The notes: generated by a model from the letters alone, not told the origin. A DNA stretch of 45,308 nucleotides from Eubacteriales bacterium (GCA_045535385.1 JAZSLN010000018.1:1-45308); one strand, 5' to 3'. Positions 21,064-31,315 are shown, counted from the stretch's first letter. Numbers and translations: made by a program.

Positions 21064-23507
21064 CGTCTTTCAACCGTACCGCCCGAAACGAAGGTAAGAA
21101 CGTCCTCCCTAACGTCGTCAACGTCCTCGACGAGCGCGTAATAGCTGCCCTCGCCGTCAACCGTAAAGTAGCATCTTGTCGCGGAAACGCGATAGAACAC
21201 AAATTCGGGGGAAGAAGATTCGGAATGAATCTTTATACGCAGGTATTCAGTCGGCTCGTCGCTGCCCTCGGAGGGAACATATTCGTCGTGCATCTGAATA
21301 CTCAAAATGGTCTGATAGAGGAACTTGAAGCTTTGGAGGTCCTCGTACTTTTTGCCGTTGTGGACAACCTCGCCGAGAGTACCGTCGGAAGCTACTCCTA
21401 AATCAAAGGCATATTCTTTACCGTCGAAGGTTATTTCCATTTCGGTGATATCAACGAGATACATAGAAAGAAGCGAATGGTCGAGAAATTCGACGAAGTC
21501 CCAGGAAAGCCATTTTGCGGTTTCGGTCGAAAGCTCGACGATAACGTCGGTGGTCGCAACCATATGCTTGCCTTCGACGTCTCCGCTGTAAGTGGAATAA
21601 GCGTAGTACTTGCCTTCCTCGTTGGGAGCCGAAACGTATACGTCGCAAACAACGCCGTCGTAGGTATATCCGTAATGTCTGGCGGGGTTAGCAAGACCGT
21701 ATTTTTCGAGAATATCCTTTTTGAGAAGCGTTTCGACCGCGTTTCCGTTATCCGAGAAGCCGCAAGCCACAACCTTTTCGCCCTCGAGCGCGGCGACACT
21801 TTGAACGAAATCATTAAAGTTCGTCATATCGAGGTAAGCGAAATTTCTTCCTTCGGAGAGATACTGCGTAGGCGAGATCAGCTTCCAGGTGCCTCCGATA
21901 GCGGAAGTAGGTTGAGCGTCGTCGCCGTCGGCATAAATTCTTATTTCATCGAAAACAACGTAGGTTTTAGCCTTTTGAGGTACGTCAAAGCCGAAACGGA
22001 TATATTTCACCGTCTTTTCGTCGGTAAAGGACGCGGTATATTTTTTAACCGATTTGTCATCCTGCTCGGGATGAACGGTTACGTACTCTTTTTCATGCCA
22101 GTTGATACCGTCGTAAGAAATATCAACGGTAACCTTCGCGGGGAGATAAGCGCCGTTTGCCTCGTCGCGCACCAAGCCGAACTCGAAGGAATAGTTGCCC
22201 TCGGGTGCAGTCTTTGCGATCGCGGCTTCGAGGTAGGTAGCCTTACCGTCCGAGCTGGTAAAGCCTGCGAAAACCTCCAAATGGTTTTGCCAACCGTCGG
22301 AGTAGCTGCTGTATTCATCGGCGTTTTTCTTATCCAAAATGATCTTGGTGATCGAGGATTGGTCGATAACGCTGAGATTGGGTGCAGGATTGAAATCGCG
22401 CATATTCTTAGCTACGGCATTGATTCCCTCTTCGTAGAAATCAATACGTATATCCTGAATACTGAAAAGCGCGTTCGTATCGGTTATTGCCGTCATAATA
22501 GTCGGCTTCATCATATCGGTTTGAGGAAGCGCGATAGACGCATCAACAGCCGAAACGGGCATCAAATAGATAAAATCGTTGGTCAGGTTGTGAAGAAGGG
22601 TTCCGTCCTTTTCGTCGCCCTCGTTCTTATACAAACCGCCTACGTATCGCGAATAATAGTGGGTTCCGCTCGAAGCGAGCGAACCTATATAGACCGAATG
22701 CATAAAATAATTTCCGTTTTCATCGGTCGTGGTAAGAATCGAATAATTAGCGGTTGCGGGGTTTTCTATATCGAGCCCGTAATCAGCCCATTTTCTGTCC
22801 TCGGGAAGCTTCATCTTACCCTGAGTAACAACATAACGGCAGTTGGTAGTAAGCTGGGCGAACATTTCTTCGTCGTAAGCGACAGCCTGAGAAGAATCGA
22901 AATAGAACTTTTCTTCGTATTGGTATATAGAATATTTTCCGTGCTCGTTATTAATCGTAAGATATTCGATCTGCGAACGTTCTATCGAAGGGAACATAAA
23001 GGGGTTGCCCTGCGAGGTAACCTGATGTCCGTCGGTATCGTAACCGGAAAGCGCGCGGAGCTTGAACTCGATCGTGTCCTTGCCCGCGAGAGAAAGAATA
23101 CCGTTTACGAGAAGCGACTCGCCGTCGAAAGCATAGCGGGTTCCGTCATAAAGAGTCTTAAAGAAGGAATCGAACTCGATCTTTATATCTCTTCCGTCAT
23201 ATTCGATCTCGACGCCCTTAAAGCTACTTTCGGGGTCGGTTTCAACGTCGACGTTACCCTCTTTTTTCATTGCTTTGGCAAAACGGTAAATAATCGTCCA
23301 ATAATCGTCGGCGGAATCGTATCCGCGGAGATAAAGCGTCGCGTCCTCGTCGAGATTATCGAGTGCGTGCGCCGCTTCGGGCGTCAGGACATAGAAGGGG
23401 TCGGCGACCTCTTCTATTCCGTCGTCCTTAAGGAAGACTATATAAGTAACAAAAAGCAAAACCGCAACGAGTGCAAACGACACAACGGTTATAATTTGTT
23501 TTTTCAT
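21060..23507 (-). CDS. Large membrane-anchored protein, probable DUF4340 family with extra domains
   Basis: N-terminal TM helix; YGL..P motifs (DYGLDIENP, KYGLANP); position after a GldG-like gene. Family call by recollection. Confidence 0.65.
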   Translation of the reverse strand: MKKQIITVVSFALVAVLLFVTYIVFLKDDGIEEVADPFYVLTPEAAHALDNLDEDATLYLRGYDSADDYWTIIYRFAKAMKKEGNVDVETDPESSFKGVEIEYDGRDIKIEFDSFFKTLYDGTRYAFDGESLLVNGILSLAGKDTIEFKLRALSGYDTDGHQVTSQGNPFMFPSIERSQIEYLTINNEHGKYSIYQYEEKFYFDSSQAVAYDEEMFAQLTTNCRYVVTQGKMKLPEDRKWADYGLDIENPATANYSILTTTDENGNYFMHSVYIGSLASSGTHYYSRYVGGLYKNEGDEKDGTLLHNLTNDFIYLMPVSAVDASIALPQTDMMKPTIMTAITDTNALFSIQDIRIDFYEEGINAVAKNMRDFNPAPNLSVIDQSSITKIILDKKNADEYSSYSDGWQNHLEVFAGFTSSDGKATYLEAAIAKTAPEGNYSFEFGLVRDEANGAYLPAKVTVDISYDGINWHEKEYVTVHPEQDDKSVKKYTASFTDEKTVKYIRFGFDVPQKAKTYVVFDEIRIYADGDDAQPTSAIGGTWKLISPTQYLSEGRNFAYLDMTNFNDFVQSVAALEGEKVVACGFSDNGNAVETLLKKDILEKYGLANPARHYGYTYDGVVCDVYVSAPNEEGKYYAYSTYSGDVEGKHMVATTDVIVELSTETAKWLSWDFVEFLDHSLLSMYLVDITEMEITFDGKEYAFDLGVASDGTLGEVVHNGKKYEDLQSFKFLYQTILSIQMHDEYVPSEGSDEPTEYLRIKIHSESSSPEFVFYRVSATRCYFTVDGEGSYYALVEDVDDVREDVLTFVSGGTVERR

Positions 23508-23544
23508 CTAAACAGTCCTTTAGTAAAAGCTTTGGGCTTACCGA

Positions 23545-25098
23545 TTACAGGTGTCTTCTGAGGTAGAACACTACCAAGCCCATAATAAGAATTATGCCGG
23601 GAATGATCGTACAAATACACCAAGTAAGCGTAGTTGCGGTACCGGTTTCGATCTCAAGCGCTGTGGAAGCAAATTCCTTCGGTTCGATATCGGGAGCAAC
23701 GCTCTTCGACGAGAATACACGCGCGGCGGAAAGCATAACGCGGCGGTTGCCGGTAGCGGTGAGAAGGTGGACGGGGTCGGCAAATTCGGTACTGCCGACG
23801 AGCATTACGTAGGAATATTCCGAAACGTTATTTTCGCCGTAGCCGAACTTTGTCGAAAGGAGCATCAGAGGCATTTCGCCTTCGGTGCCCATTTTGTCCG
23901 CGTTTTTGGATATCGCGGTAGGATGGGTCATAAGGACCTTTTCGATGCTGAAATTGTCCTGCGTGTTCTGACTCTTGACCTCGAGCTCAACACATTCGGG
24001 CATAGCGATATTAATACCGCCCTCGATATCGCTGATCGTCTTTCTTATCTGATAGGAAGCCGAGCCGCTTTGGGTTTCGGCATCTATTTCGGGATAGGTT
24101 GCGTTAATTATACTGGTTTTCGACTGAAGCGAATGCTGTTCGTCGGTAACACGGTAGTTTGCCTTATAGTTGATACCCCAGTTATCGCTCAAAAAGTCCT
24201 GAAGGTGAGAAAGCGCGGGGGTTTCGGAATCAACGAAGCAGAGAAAAGATTTTCTTTCGCCGAGATATTTATTAAGCTTGGCTATTTCGTCATAAGAGAA
24301 ATCGGCAACGGGATCGTAGGTGATAAGAATTTCGGTTCTGGGGTCGATGCTGTCCTGAGGAAGGTTTACGTATTTGATCTCGAAACCCGCTTCGGAAAGA
24401 AGCGCCGTCAAGCCGAGTATATTCGAATCCGACGCAACGGTGCCGTCCGCCTTGATAGGCTCGCCGTGACCGTAGGTGATCGAAACAACCTTAGGCTCTT
24501 TTATCGAGCTTTGAAGCATAGCGGCGGCAAAACGGTATTCACCGTTAAAGGAATGATATCCGCCCTCTTCGTTGGTTATGAAGAAAGCCTTAAGGTCGAG
24601 CACACGGAAATGGTGCTTGCCCTGAATTATAACGCTTGTCGCCGAAAGCTTTGTGGTAGATTCATCGTAATATTTTTTCTCGAATTCGGGGTCTTTATTA
24701 AGTTCCTTGTATTCAACACGGACGGTACCGCGGTTTCCGCTTCCGTCGAAGGTCTTTTCGAAGTTTTCTGCGAGGTCGCGGATGATTCCGGTTATGTTGA
24801 TACCGTTATACATATTGGCTTCGAGATCGAAATTATCGCGAGCCGACATAAAGTATATAGTGATATCAAGGTCTTTTCCGAGCGTTTCGAGGATCTGAAC
24901 CGTTTCCTCGCTTACCGAGGTAAAATCCTCCTGAGTCAAGTCAACGGTGAGCGAGCCCGAGAGAGAAAGCGAGGAGAAAACGAGGTTAAGAAGTATGACC
25001 AGCACTACAAAAACCACGGTAAATACGACCGAGATGGAGCCGTATTTATAACGTCTGCGGTCCTTCTTGGGGGCGGTGTTGTTATTATTTGCGTTCAT
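23545..25098 (-). CDS. GldG-like ABC transporter auxiliary component
   Basis: N-terminal TM followed by VDLT...SVSEET, FNGE, GHGE, DP..DFS..E..KL..YL, GN, C-terminal TM ending in RR. Confidence 0.88.
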   Translation of the reverse strand: MNANNNNTAPKKDRRRYKYGSISVVFTVVFVVLVILLNLVFSSLSLSGSLTVDLTQEDFTSVSEETVQILETLGKDLDITIYFMSARDNFDLEANMYNGINITGIIRDLAENFEKTFDGSGNRGTVRVEYKELNKDPEFEKKYYDESTTKLSATSVIIQGKHHFRVLDLKAFFITNEEGGYHSFNGEYRFAAAMLQSSIKEPKVVSITYGHGEPIKADGTVASDSNILGLTALLSEAGFEIKYVNLPQDSIDPRTEILITYDPVADFSYDEIAKLNKYLGERKSFLCFVDSETPALSHLQDFLSDNWGINYKANYRVTDEQHSLQSKTSIINATYPEIDAETQSGSASYQIRKTISDIEGGINIAMPECVELEVKSQNTQDNFSIEKVLMTHPTAISKNADKMGTEGEMPLMLLSTKFGYGENNVSEYSYVMLVGSTEFADPVHLLTATGNRRVMLSAARVFSSKSVAPDIEPKEFASTALEIETGTATTLTWCICTIIPGIILIMGLVVFYLRRHL

Positions 25099-25116
25099 TG
25101 ATCTGCACCGCCTTTC

Positions 25117-25824
25117 TTAAGCCCATCTGCGTTTTTCGATAACGCGGACGGTGAGGAATATGCCGATTGCGGCAAGGCTTACGTAGTAAACGATAGCCGA
25201 AACGTCGAGCATCTGGTTAGTAAAGGGAACAAAACGGTCGATAACCGAAAATGCCTTAAGAACAGTACGGAAGAAGGTGTTTTCAACTTCGCCTGCGATA
25301 AGGCTAATAAGAAGCATAGCGGCATTAACGCCCATAGCGGAAACAGCGGCAATAAGCTGGTTTTCGGTAAGAGAGGAAAGGAAAATACCGATAGCAATAA
25401 ATGCCGCGCCGAGAAGGAATATACCCAAAATATTGGTAAGGATAGAAATAACGTTGGGTGTGCCGAAACGGAAAAGAAGAACAAAGTTAAAGCTGTTCAC
25501 GAGGAACGTTGCGCCGAAAACGGTAAGCGCGGCAAGATATTTGCCCATAACGATACCGATGATCGAAACAGGAGAGGTCAAGAGGATTTGGTCGGTGCGG
25601 TTGCGTTTATCGTCCGCAAAAAGCTTCATCGTGAGAAGCGGAAGAAGGATAGCGAAAACGACCATCATCCATATAAAATATTCACCTATACTGTCGGTGC
25701 TCTGCGCCATAAGGGTGCATTGGGAAAACACAAGACCCGAAACAACGAGAAACATACCGCAGAAGATATAGCCGATAGGCGTGAGAAAATAGGATTTTAA
25801 TTCACGTGTATATATCGCAAACAT
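25117..25824 (-). CDS. ABC-2 type permease (GldF-like)
   Basis: AIYTRELKSYF.TPIGY, PLLTMKLFADDKR..TDQILLTSP, GKYLAA, SSLTENQLIAA. Confidence 0.92.
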   Translation of the reverse strand: MFAIYTRELKSYFLTPIGYIFCGMFLVVSGLVFSQCTLMAQSTDSIGEYFIWMMVVFAILLPLLTMKLFADDKRNRTDQILLTSPVSIIGIVMGKYLAALTVFGATFLVNSFNFVLLFRFGTPNVISILTNILGIFLLGAAFIAIGIFLSSLTENQLIAAVSAMGVNAAMLLISLIAGEVENTFFRTVLKAFSVIDRFVPFTNQMLDVSAIVYYVSLAAIGIFLTVRVIEKRRWA

Positions 25825-26807
25825 TATTTCGCACTCCTTTTCGACTTTTTGTTATCCTTGTCTTTTTCCTTTTCTTTTTCTTTTCCGACCAAGCGGATAA
25901 AGATATCTTCAAGGCTCAATTCAACGCCTTCAAGACCGATCAAAGGCCAATTTTTGCCCGCAAGCGCATAGAACAAGGGCTTACGGATATCAACTCTGTC
26001 CTGAGATTCGATAAGATAGCTTACGCTGTCGGTGTCGCGCTTACCGATAATATCGGCTGTCTTAACGCCGCCGACCGAGCGAAGCGTTTTAAGAACCTCA
26101 TCCTCGGGTCCGACGATCTTCGCCACAAGCTTTCTCGAGCCTTCGACCGCGTTGATAAGGTCCTCGGTCTTTTCGTTAGCGACGATCTTTCCCTTATTGA
26201 TAACGACGATCTTATCACAAACCGCCTGAACCTCGGGGAGAATATGGGTAGAAAGAATTATGGTGTGCTCACGTCCGAGCATTTTAATAAGGTTACGGAT
26301 CTCGATTATCTGACGGGGGTCGAGGCCGATCGTCGGTTCGTCGAAAATAAGAACCTTGGGATTTCCGATAAGTGCCTGAGCGATACCGACACGCTGACGG
26401 TAACCCTTGGAAAGGTTTTTTATAAGACGGTGGGAAACGTCCCAGATCTTAACGACCTCGCAGATCTCCTTAAGATGCTGCTTGCGGGGGAGCTTACAGC
26501 CTTTAAGGTCATAGGCGAAGTTAAGATATTCAAGAACCGTCATTTCGAGATAAAGCGGGGGGATCTCGGGAAGGAATCCGATATCCTTTTTCGCCTTCAA
26601 GGGTTCTTCGAGAATATCCGTGCCGTCGATCTTAACGCTTCCGCTGTCGGCGGAAAGGTAGCCGGTTATCATATTAAGTGTTGTACTTTTTCCTGCACCG
26701 TTCGGGCCCAAAAAACCCAAAATCTCGCCTTCGGCAACCGTAAACGATATTCCGTCAACGGCGTGCTTATCGCCAAAGCTTTTACGGAGTTCTGTAATTT
26801 CTACCAT
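25824..26807 (-). CDS. ABC transporter ATP-binding protein (GldA-like)
   Basis: GPNGAGKST, LSKGYRQRVG, LIFDEPT.GLDP, LSTH. Confidence 0.95.
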   Translation of the reverse strand: MVEITELRKSFGDKHAVDGISFTVAEGEILGFLGPNGAGKSTTLNMITGYLSADSGSVKIDGTDILEEPLKAKKDIGFLPEIPPLYLEMTVLEYLNFAYDLKGCKLPRKQHLKEICEVVKIWDVSHRLIKNLSKGYRQRVGIAQALIGNPKVLIFDEPTIGLDPRQIIEIRNLIKMLGREHTIILSTHILPEVQAVCDKIVVINKGKIVANEKTEDLINAVEGSRKLVAKIVGPEDEVLKTLRSVGGVKTADIIGKRDTDSVSYLIESQDRVDIRKPLFYALAGKNWPLIGLEGVELSLEDIFIRLVGKEKEKEKDKDNKKSKRSAK

Positions 26808-26863
26808 TAATTATACCTCTTCAAATCAGCAGTTTCCCTTTCGGGAAACCGCTTTAATGATTA

Positions 26864-28651
26864 TTACTCGCTTTTTTCTTCTTTAACAATAGAGATGCCC
26901 AATTCTGCGATAGCTTCGGCAGGCACTTCGGCGGGACAGTCGGTCATAAGCTCTTTCGCGTTTTGCATCTTCGGGAAGGCAACTACGTCGCGGAGGCTCG
27001 TCGCGCCGACCATTTGCATTACCAAGCGGTCGAGACCGATACCCATACCGCCGTGAGGAGGAGCACCGTAACGGAACGCTTCGAGGAGATAACCGAATTT
27101 AACCTGAGCTTCTTCCTCAGAGAGACCCAAAAGCTCAAAGATCTTCGCCTGAAGCGCGGGGTCGGTAATTCTTATCGAACCGCTCGAAAGCTCTACGCCG
27201 TTAAGAACGAGGTCGTACGCCTTGGCACGGACCTTACCCTTATCGCTATCGAGATACTGCACACATTCGTCGAGAGGAGAGGTGAAGGGGTGGTGCATGG
27301 CAACCCATTCGCCGGATTCGTAATCATATTCAAAGAAGGGCATTTCAACGACCCAAAGGAAATTGAAGCCGCTTCTTTCAACACCCAAACGGTTAGCCGC
27401 TTCGACACGGAGCTGACCGAGCTGGGTGAGAACCTTATTGTTATCGTTGTCGGCAAGAATAAGGATAACGTCGCCCTTTTCGCAATTTGCCGCCGCGAAA
27501 ATAGCGTTCAATTCATCTTCGCTTACGTGCTTAAGGAAGGAACCGCTTACCGCATCTGCGTTCTTCGCCCAGGCAAGTCCCTTGGCTCCGCAGCCCTTAG
27601 CATACTCGCCAAGCTTATCGATATCCTTACGGGACATCTTATCGGCATAGCCTTTAAGGTTGATCGCACGCACGCTGCCGCCCGCTTCAACAGCGGAAGC
27701 GAAAACGGGGAACGAGCAATTTTTAACCGCATCCGAGATATTAACGATCTCCATACCGAAACGAAGGTCGGGTTTGTCCGAACCGAAGCGTTCCATACAT
27801 TCGCGGTAGGTATATCTGGGAAGAGGAGTGGGAACATCGATTCCCATACAATCCTTAAAAATGTGCTTTACAAGTCCTTCGCCGACAGCGAGAACGTCAT
27901 CGGTGTCGACAAAGCTCATTTCCATATCTATTTGGGTGAATTCGGGCTGTCTGTCAGCACGAAGGTCTTCGTCGCGGAAGCAACGCGCTATCTGGAAATA
28001 TTTGTCGAATCCCGCAACCATCGAAAGCTGTTTATAAAGCTGAGGCGATTGGGGAAGCGCATAGAACGAGCCCTTATGAACACGCGAAGGAACGAGATAG
28101 TCGCGTGCGCCTTCGGGAGTGCTCTTTATAAGAATAGGTGTTTCGATTTCGATAAATCCCTGCTCGCAAAGATAATCACGAACCGATTTCGTAACCTTTG
28201 CGCGGAACATAATATTATTCTGTAAAACAGGACGGCGAAGGTCAAGATAACGGTGGGTAATACGAAGCTCCTCGTTAGTCTTGCAATCGTCGGTTATATC
28301 AAAGGGAGGTGTTTCGCTTTCGCCGAGAATCTTAACGCTGTCGGCGAAAATCTCGATGTTACCGGTAGGAATATCGGGGTTTTTGCTCGAACGCTCTCTT
28401 ACTACACCCCAAGCGGAAACGACATATTCGGTCTTTAATTCAAGCGCACGCTCAAAAACCGACGTGTCGCTGTTTTCGTCAAAAGCAAGCTGAACGATAC
28501 CGCTTCTGTCGCGAAGGTCGACAAAAACAAGGCTTCCGAGATTACGCGCCTTCTTTACCCAGCCCATAACGCAAACGCGTTCGCCGATATTCGATTCTCT
28601 CAAGTCGCCACAATAGTGTGTACGACGATCATTACCAAGAAATTCTACCAT
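26864..28651 (-). CDS. aspS: Aspartate--tRNA ligase
   Basis: RTHYCG, FVDLRDRSG, RYLDLRR, STPEGARDY, ALPQSPQ, FRDEDLRADRQPEFTQ, HHPFT, GAPPHGG. Confidence 0.98.
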   Translation of the reverse strand: MVEFLGNDRRTHYCGDLRESNIGERVCVMGWVKKARNLGSLVFVDLRDRSGIVQLAFDENSDTSVFERALELKTEYVVSAWGVVRERSSKNPDIPTGNIEIFADSVKILGESETPPFDITDDCKTNEELRITHRYLDLRRPVLQNNIMFRAKVTKSVRDYLCEQGFIEIETPILIKSTPEGARDYLVPSRVHKGSFYALPQSPQLYKQLSMVAGFDKYFQIARCFRDEDLRADRQPEFTQIDMEMSFVDTDDVLAVGEGLVKHIFKDCMGIDVPTPLPRYTYRECMERFGSDKPDLRFGMEIVNISDAVKNCSFPVFASAVEAGGSVRAINLKGYADKMSRKDIDKLGEYAKGCGAKGLAWAKNADAVSGSFLKHVSEDELNAIFAAANCEKGDVILILADNDNNKVLTQLGQLRVEAANRLGVERSGFNFLWVVEMPFFEYDYESGEWVAMHHPFTSPLDECVQYLDSDKGKVRAKAYDLVLNGVELSSGSIRITDPALQAKIFELLGLSEEEAQVKFGYLLEAFRYGAPPHGGMGIGLDRLVMQMVGATSLRDVVAFPKMQNAKELMTDCPAEVPAEAIAELGISIVKEEKSE

Positions 28652-28692
28652 TTTATACCTCTGTAATCTTACGTTTATAACAAAATTTTTTG

Positions 28693-29952
28693 TTAACGAA
28701 CTGCGTCAATTATCGCCTTTTCGCTTAATTCAACCTTTACCCTCCCGCCGGAGGACATATTGCGAAGCTCAGCTTCGTTTTGTTCGATTTCGTTATCACC
28801 GACAACGAGAACATATTTCGCACCCGCCTTGTCGGCATATTTCATCTGCGCCTTGAGGCTTCTTCCGCAAATATCCGTTTCGGCGGAAATACCCTCTGCA
28901 CGCAGCTTATGCGACATAACAAAAGCAAAGCCGGATGCGGTTTCACCGAGGGGAGCGATATAAATATCACAGCCGTTGTCCAATTCGGGAACAAGGTCCT
29001 CGTCCTTCAACGCCTGGATAAGACGGGTTATACCCATACCGAATCCGACCGCAGGCATTTCGGGACCGCCGATAGACGATAAAAGTCCGTCATATCTGCC
29101 GCCGCCGCAAACGGTGCTTTGAGCGCCGATGGAATCAACGGTAAATTCAAAAACAGTACCTGTATAGTAATCGAGACCGCGGACGATAGAGGGGTCTACG
29201 GTATATTCAACTCCGCAGGAATCGAGAAGAGCTTTCAATTTTTCGAAATGGGAATTACAGCCGTCGCAAAGGTGCTCGAGCGTTTTGGGCGCGGTCTTGG
29301 CAAAGCCCGAGCAAACGGGGCTCTTGCAATCGAGAACACGAAGCGGATTTTTCTGTAATCTTTCCTTGCAGGTATCGCAAAGCTCGCTTTCGTATTTCGA
29401 GAAATGCTCAAGCAATGCCTTACGGTAGGAAGGACGGCAATCGGGACAGCCGATCGAGTTTATACGAAGGGTTACCTTCGTCAAGCCGAGTTTTTTGAAG
29501 AGTGCATCGGCAAGCAAAATAACCTGCGCATCGGCCTCGGGGCTTGAACTGCCGTAAAGCTCGGTGCCGAATTGCCAGAATTCACGGCTTCTGCCCGCCT
29601 GAGGCTTTTCGCGGCGGAAGAAGTTGGAAAGATAAAACATTTTAAGGGGCATTGCGCCTGCATAAAGACCGTTTTCAATAACCGATCTTGCAACGCCTGC
29701 CGTACCTTCGGGACGAAGCGAAAGCGAGCTTCCGTCCTTATCGATGAAGGTGTACATTTCTTTGCCGACAACGTCGGTGGTATCGCCCACGCCGCGGCAG
29801 AAAAGCTCGGTCGCTTCGAAGGTGGGCATTCTTATTTCCGAAAAACCGTTAATACGCGCTATCTCGCGCACGGTGTTTTCGATATATTGCCAAAGTCCGA
29901 TATCCGCAGGAAGGATATCGAGGGTGCCTTTCGGCTTCTGGATCTTACTCAT
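28693..29952 (-). CDS. hisS: Histidine--tRNA ligase
   Basis: PKGT.D, KEMYTF, LRPEGTA, EKPQAGR.REF.Q, VRGLDYY, GGGRYD. Confidence 0.98.
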   Translation of the reverse strand: MSKIQKPKGTLDILPADIGLWQYIENTVREIARINGFSEIRMPTFEATELFCRGVGDTTDVVGKEMYTFIDKDGSSLSLRPEGTAGVARSVIENGLYAGAMPLKMFYLSNFFRREKPQAGRSREFWQFGTELYGSSSPEADAQVILLADALFKKLGLTKVTLRINSIGCPDCRPSYRKALLEHFSKYESELCDTCKERLQKNPLRVLDCKSPVCSGFAKTAPKTLEHLCDGCNSHFEKLKALLDSCGVEYTVDPSIVRGLDYYTGTVFEFTVDSIGAQSTVCGGGRYDGLLSSIGGPEMPAVGFGMGITRLIQALKDEDLVPELDNGCDIYIAPLGETASGFAFVMSHKLRAEGISAETDICGRSLKAQMKYADKAGAKYVLVVGDNEIEQNEAELRNMSSGGRVKVELSEKAIIDAVR

Positions 29953-29954
29953 TA

Positions 29955-30365
29955 TCAGAAACTTTCTCCGTTTTTAAGATTGGTTCGCCAGTCGAGGTCT
30001 CCTCTGTCAAGAGCGAGGATCAGCGCCTCGGCGGTAGCGATATTCGTCGCTACGGGCACAGTATATTTATCGCAGAGCTTTACGAGACCCTTTTCGGTCT
30101 CCGCATATTCGACATCGTTGCCGGTATCGCGGAAAAGTATGAGCACGTCGACCTCGCCGTAGGCGATCTTAGCGGCTATCTGCTCGCTTCCGCCCAAAGC
30201 ACCGGCAAGAAGTCTTTCAATATTAAGACCGGTTGCTTCGGATATGTATTTACCCGTGATCGCGGTCGCACATATGTTGTGTCGGGAAAGGATACCGCAA
30301 TAAGCAATACAAAATTCGGTGATAAGCTCTTTTTTCTTATCGTTGGCAATAATCGCAATATTCAT
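29955..30365 (-). CDS. mgsA: Methylglyoxal synthase-like protein with degenerate active site
   Basis: MGS fold motifs NIAIIA.D.KK, ATG, GG..QI, FRD, PVATNIATAE; catalytic residues substituted (see findings). Confidence 0.8.
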   Translation of the reverse strand: MNIAIIANDKKKELITEFCIAYCGILSRHNICATAITGKYISEATGLNIERLLAGALGGSEQIAAKIAYGEVDVLILFRDTGNDVEYAETEKGLVKLCDKYTVPVATNIATAEALILALDRGDLDWRTNLKNGESF

Positions 30366-31195
30366 ATTATTTCCTCCCTTGGTGCAATAGGTTTGCGAAG
30401 TTCTATTCCTTTATATGCCTTACGTTTTTTAAGCTGTTCCGCTCCGTCGAAAAGCTTCACACGATCGCCGCATAAACGCCGCGCGATATTGTAAAACGAA
30501 TTTTCCCACGGAGTCGCTTTTCGTTTAAGATTACTCATAAACGAAAGCTCGGCGGCCTCTTGCGCGGCTTGGAGCTTTTCGCTGTAAGGAACGACGCCGA
30601 GAAGCTTTACCGAAGAGCGGTTGATTATATCCGCTATATCGGGGAGCTTTCCCTTTTCGGCATAATTTGCGCGATAGCCGTTCACAACGAGCGACAATTT
30701 TTCTATCCCCATAGCCGACAGTCTCATAGCCGTTTTTTCGGCGGCACGCACAGAAGTCGATTGGTGGAGCGTAACTATTATCGCCTCGTCGGCTTGCGAC
30801 GCAAACGACATATAATATTCGGTCATTTCGGCGCAGGAATCGATTATGATAAAATCAAATTCGTCTCTCAGATCGGCAAAAAACGAGGAATAAGCCGATT
30901 TCGGGAAAGCACCGTCAACAAGGTTCATCGGTGCGGGGATAAACGAAAAGTCATGTGTCTCACCAACTTCGGTCAAGGCCGCCGTCGGAGAGCACCTTCC
31001 CGCAAGAATATCGCTGCAATCAAACAACGTATCGTTTTCCTTACCGAGAACCATATCCATACAACGCATTCCGAAATCGCCGTCGATGACAAGCACTTTG
31101 TTACCGAGCGCATAAAGCGTCGCGGCTATATTCGCGGAAACGGTAGTCTTACCGACACCGCCCTTGAAGCCGGTTACAAAAATAACTCTGCCCAC
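30362..31195 (-). CDS. minD: MinD-like P-loop ATPase
   Basis: KGGVGKTT deviant Walker A, IDGDFGMRCMDMVLG, FDFIIID; GTG start at 31195 with GGAGG RBS preferred over the ORF-track start. Confidence 0.82.
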   Translation of the reverse strand: MGRVIFVTGFKGGVGKTTVSANIAATLYALGNKVLVIDGDFGMRCMDMVLGKENDTLFDCSDILAGRCSPTAALTEVGETHDFSFIPAPMNLVDGAFPKSAYSSFFADLRDEFDFIIIDSCAEMTEYYMSFASQADEAIIVTLHQSTSVRAAEKTAMRLSAMGIEKLSLVVNGYRANYAEKGKLPDIADIINRSSVKLLGVVPYSEKLQAAQEAAELSFMSNLKRKATPWENSFYNIARRLCGDRVKLFDGAEQLKKRKAYKGIELRKPIAPREEII

Positions 31196-31241
31196 AGCAA
31201 ACCTCCGAAATTTTGTCATAGTTATACAATCATACACAGTA

Positions 31242-31270
31242 ATAATATCACTCTTTAACCTTTATGTCAA
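31242..31270 (-). promoter_or_regulatory. Sigma-A promoter of the minD-mgsA-hisS-aspS run
   Basis: TTGACA, 17 nt, TG-extended TATTAT. Confidence 0.7.
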
Positions 31271-31315
31271 GAAAAAGTGATTCTATTATCTTGTGAAATG
31301 TACAAAATACATAAT

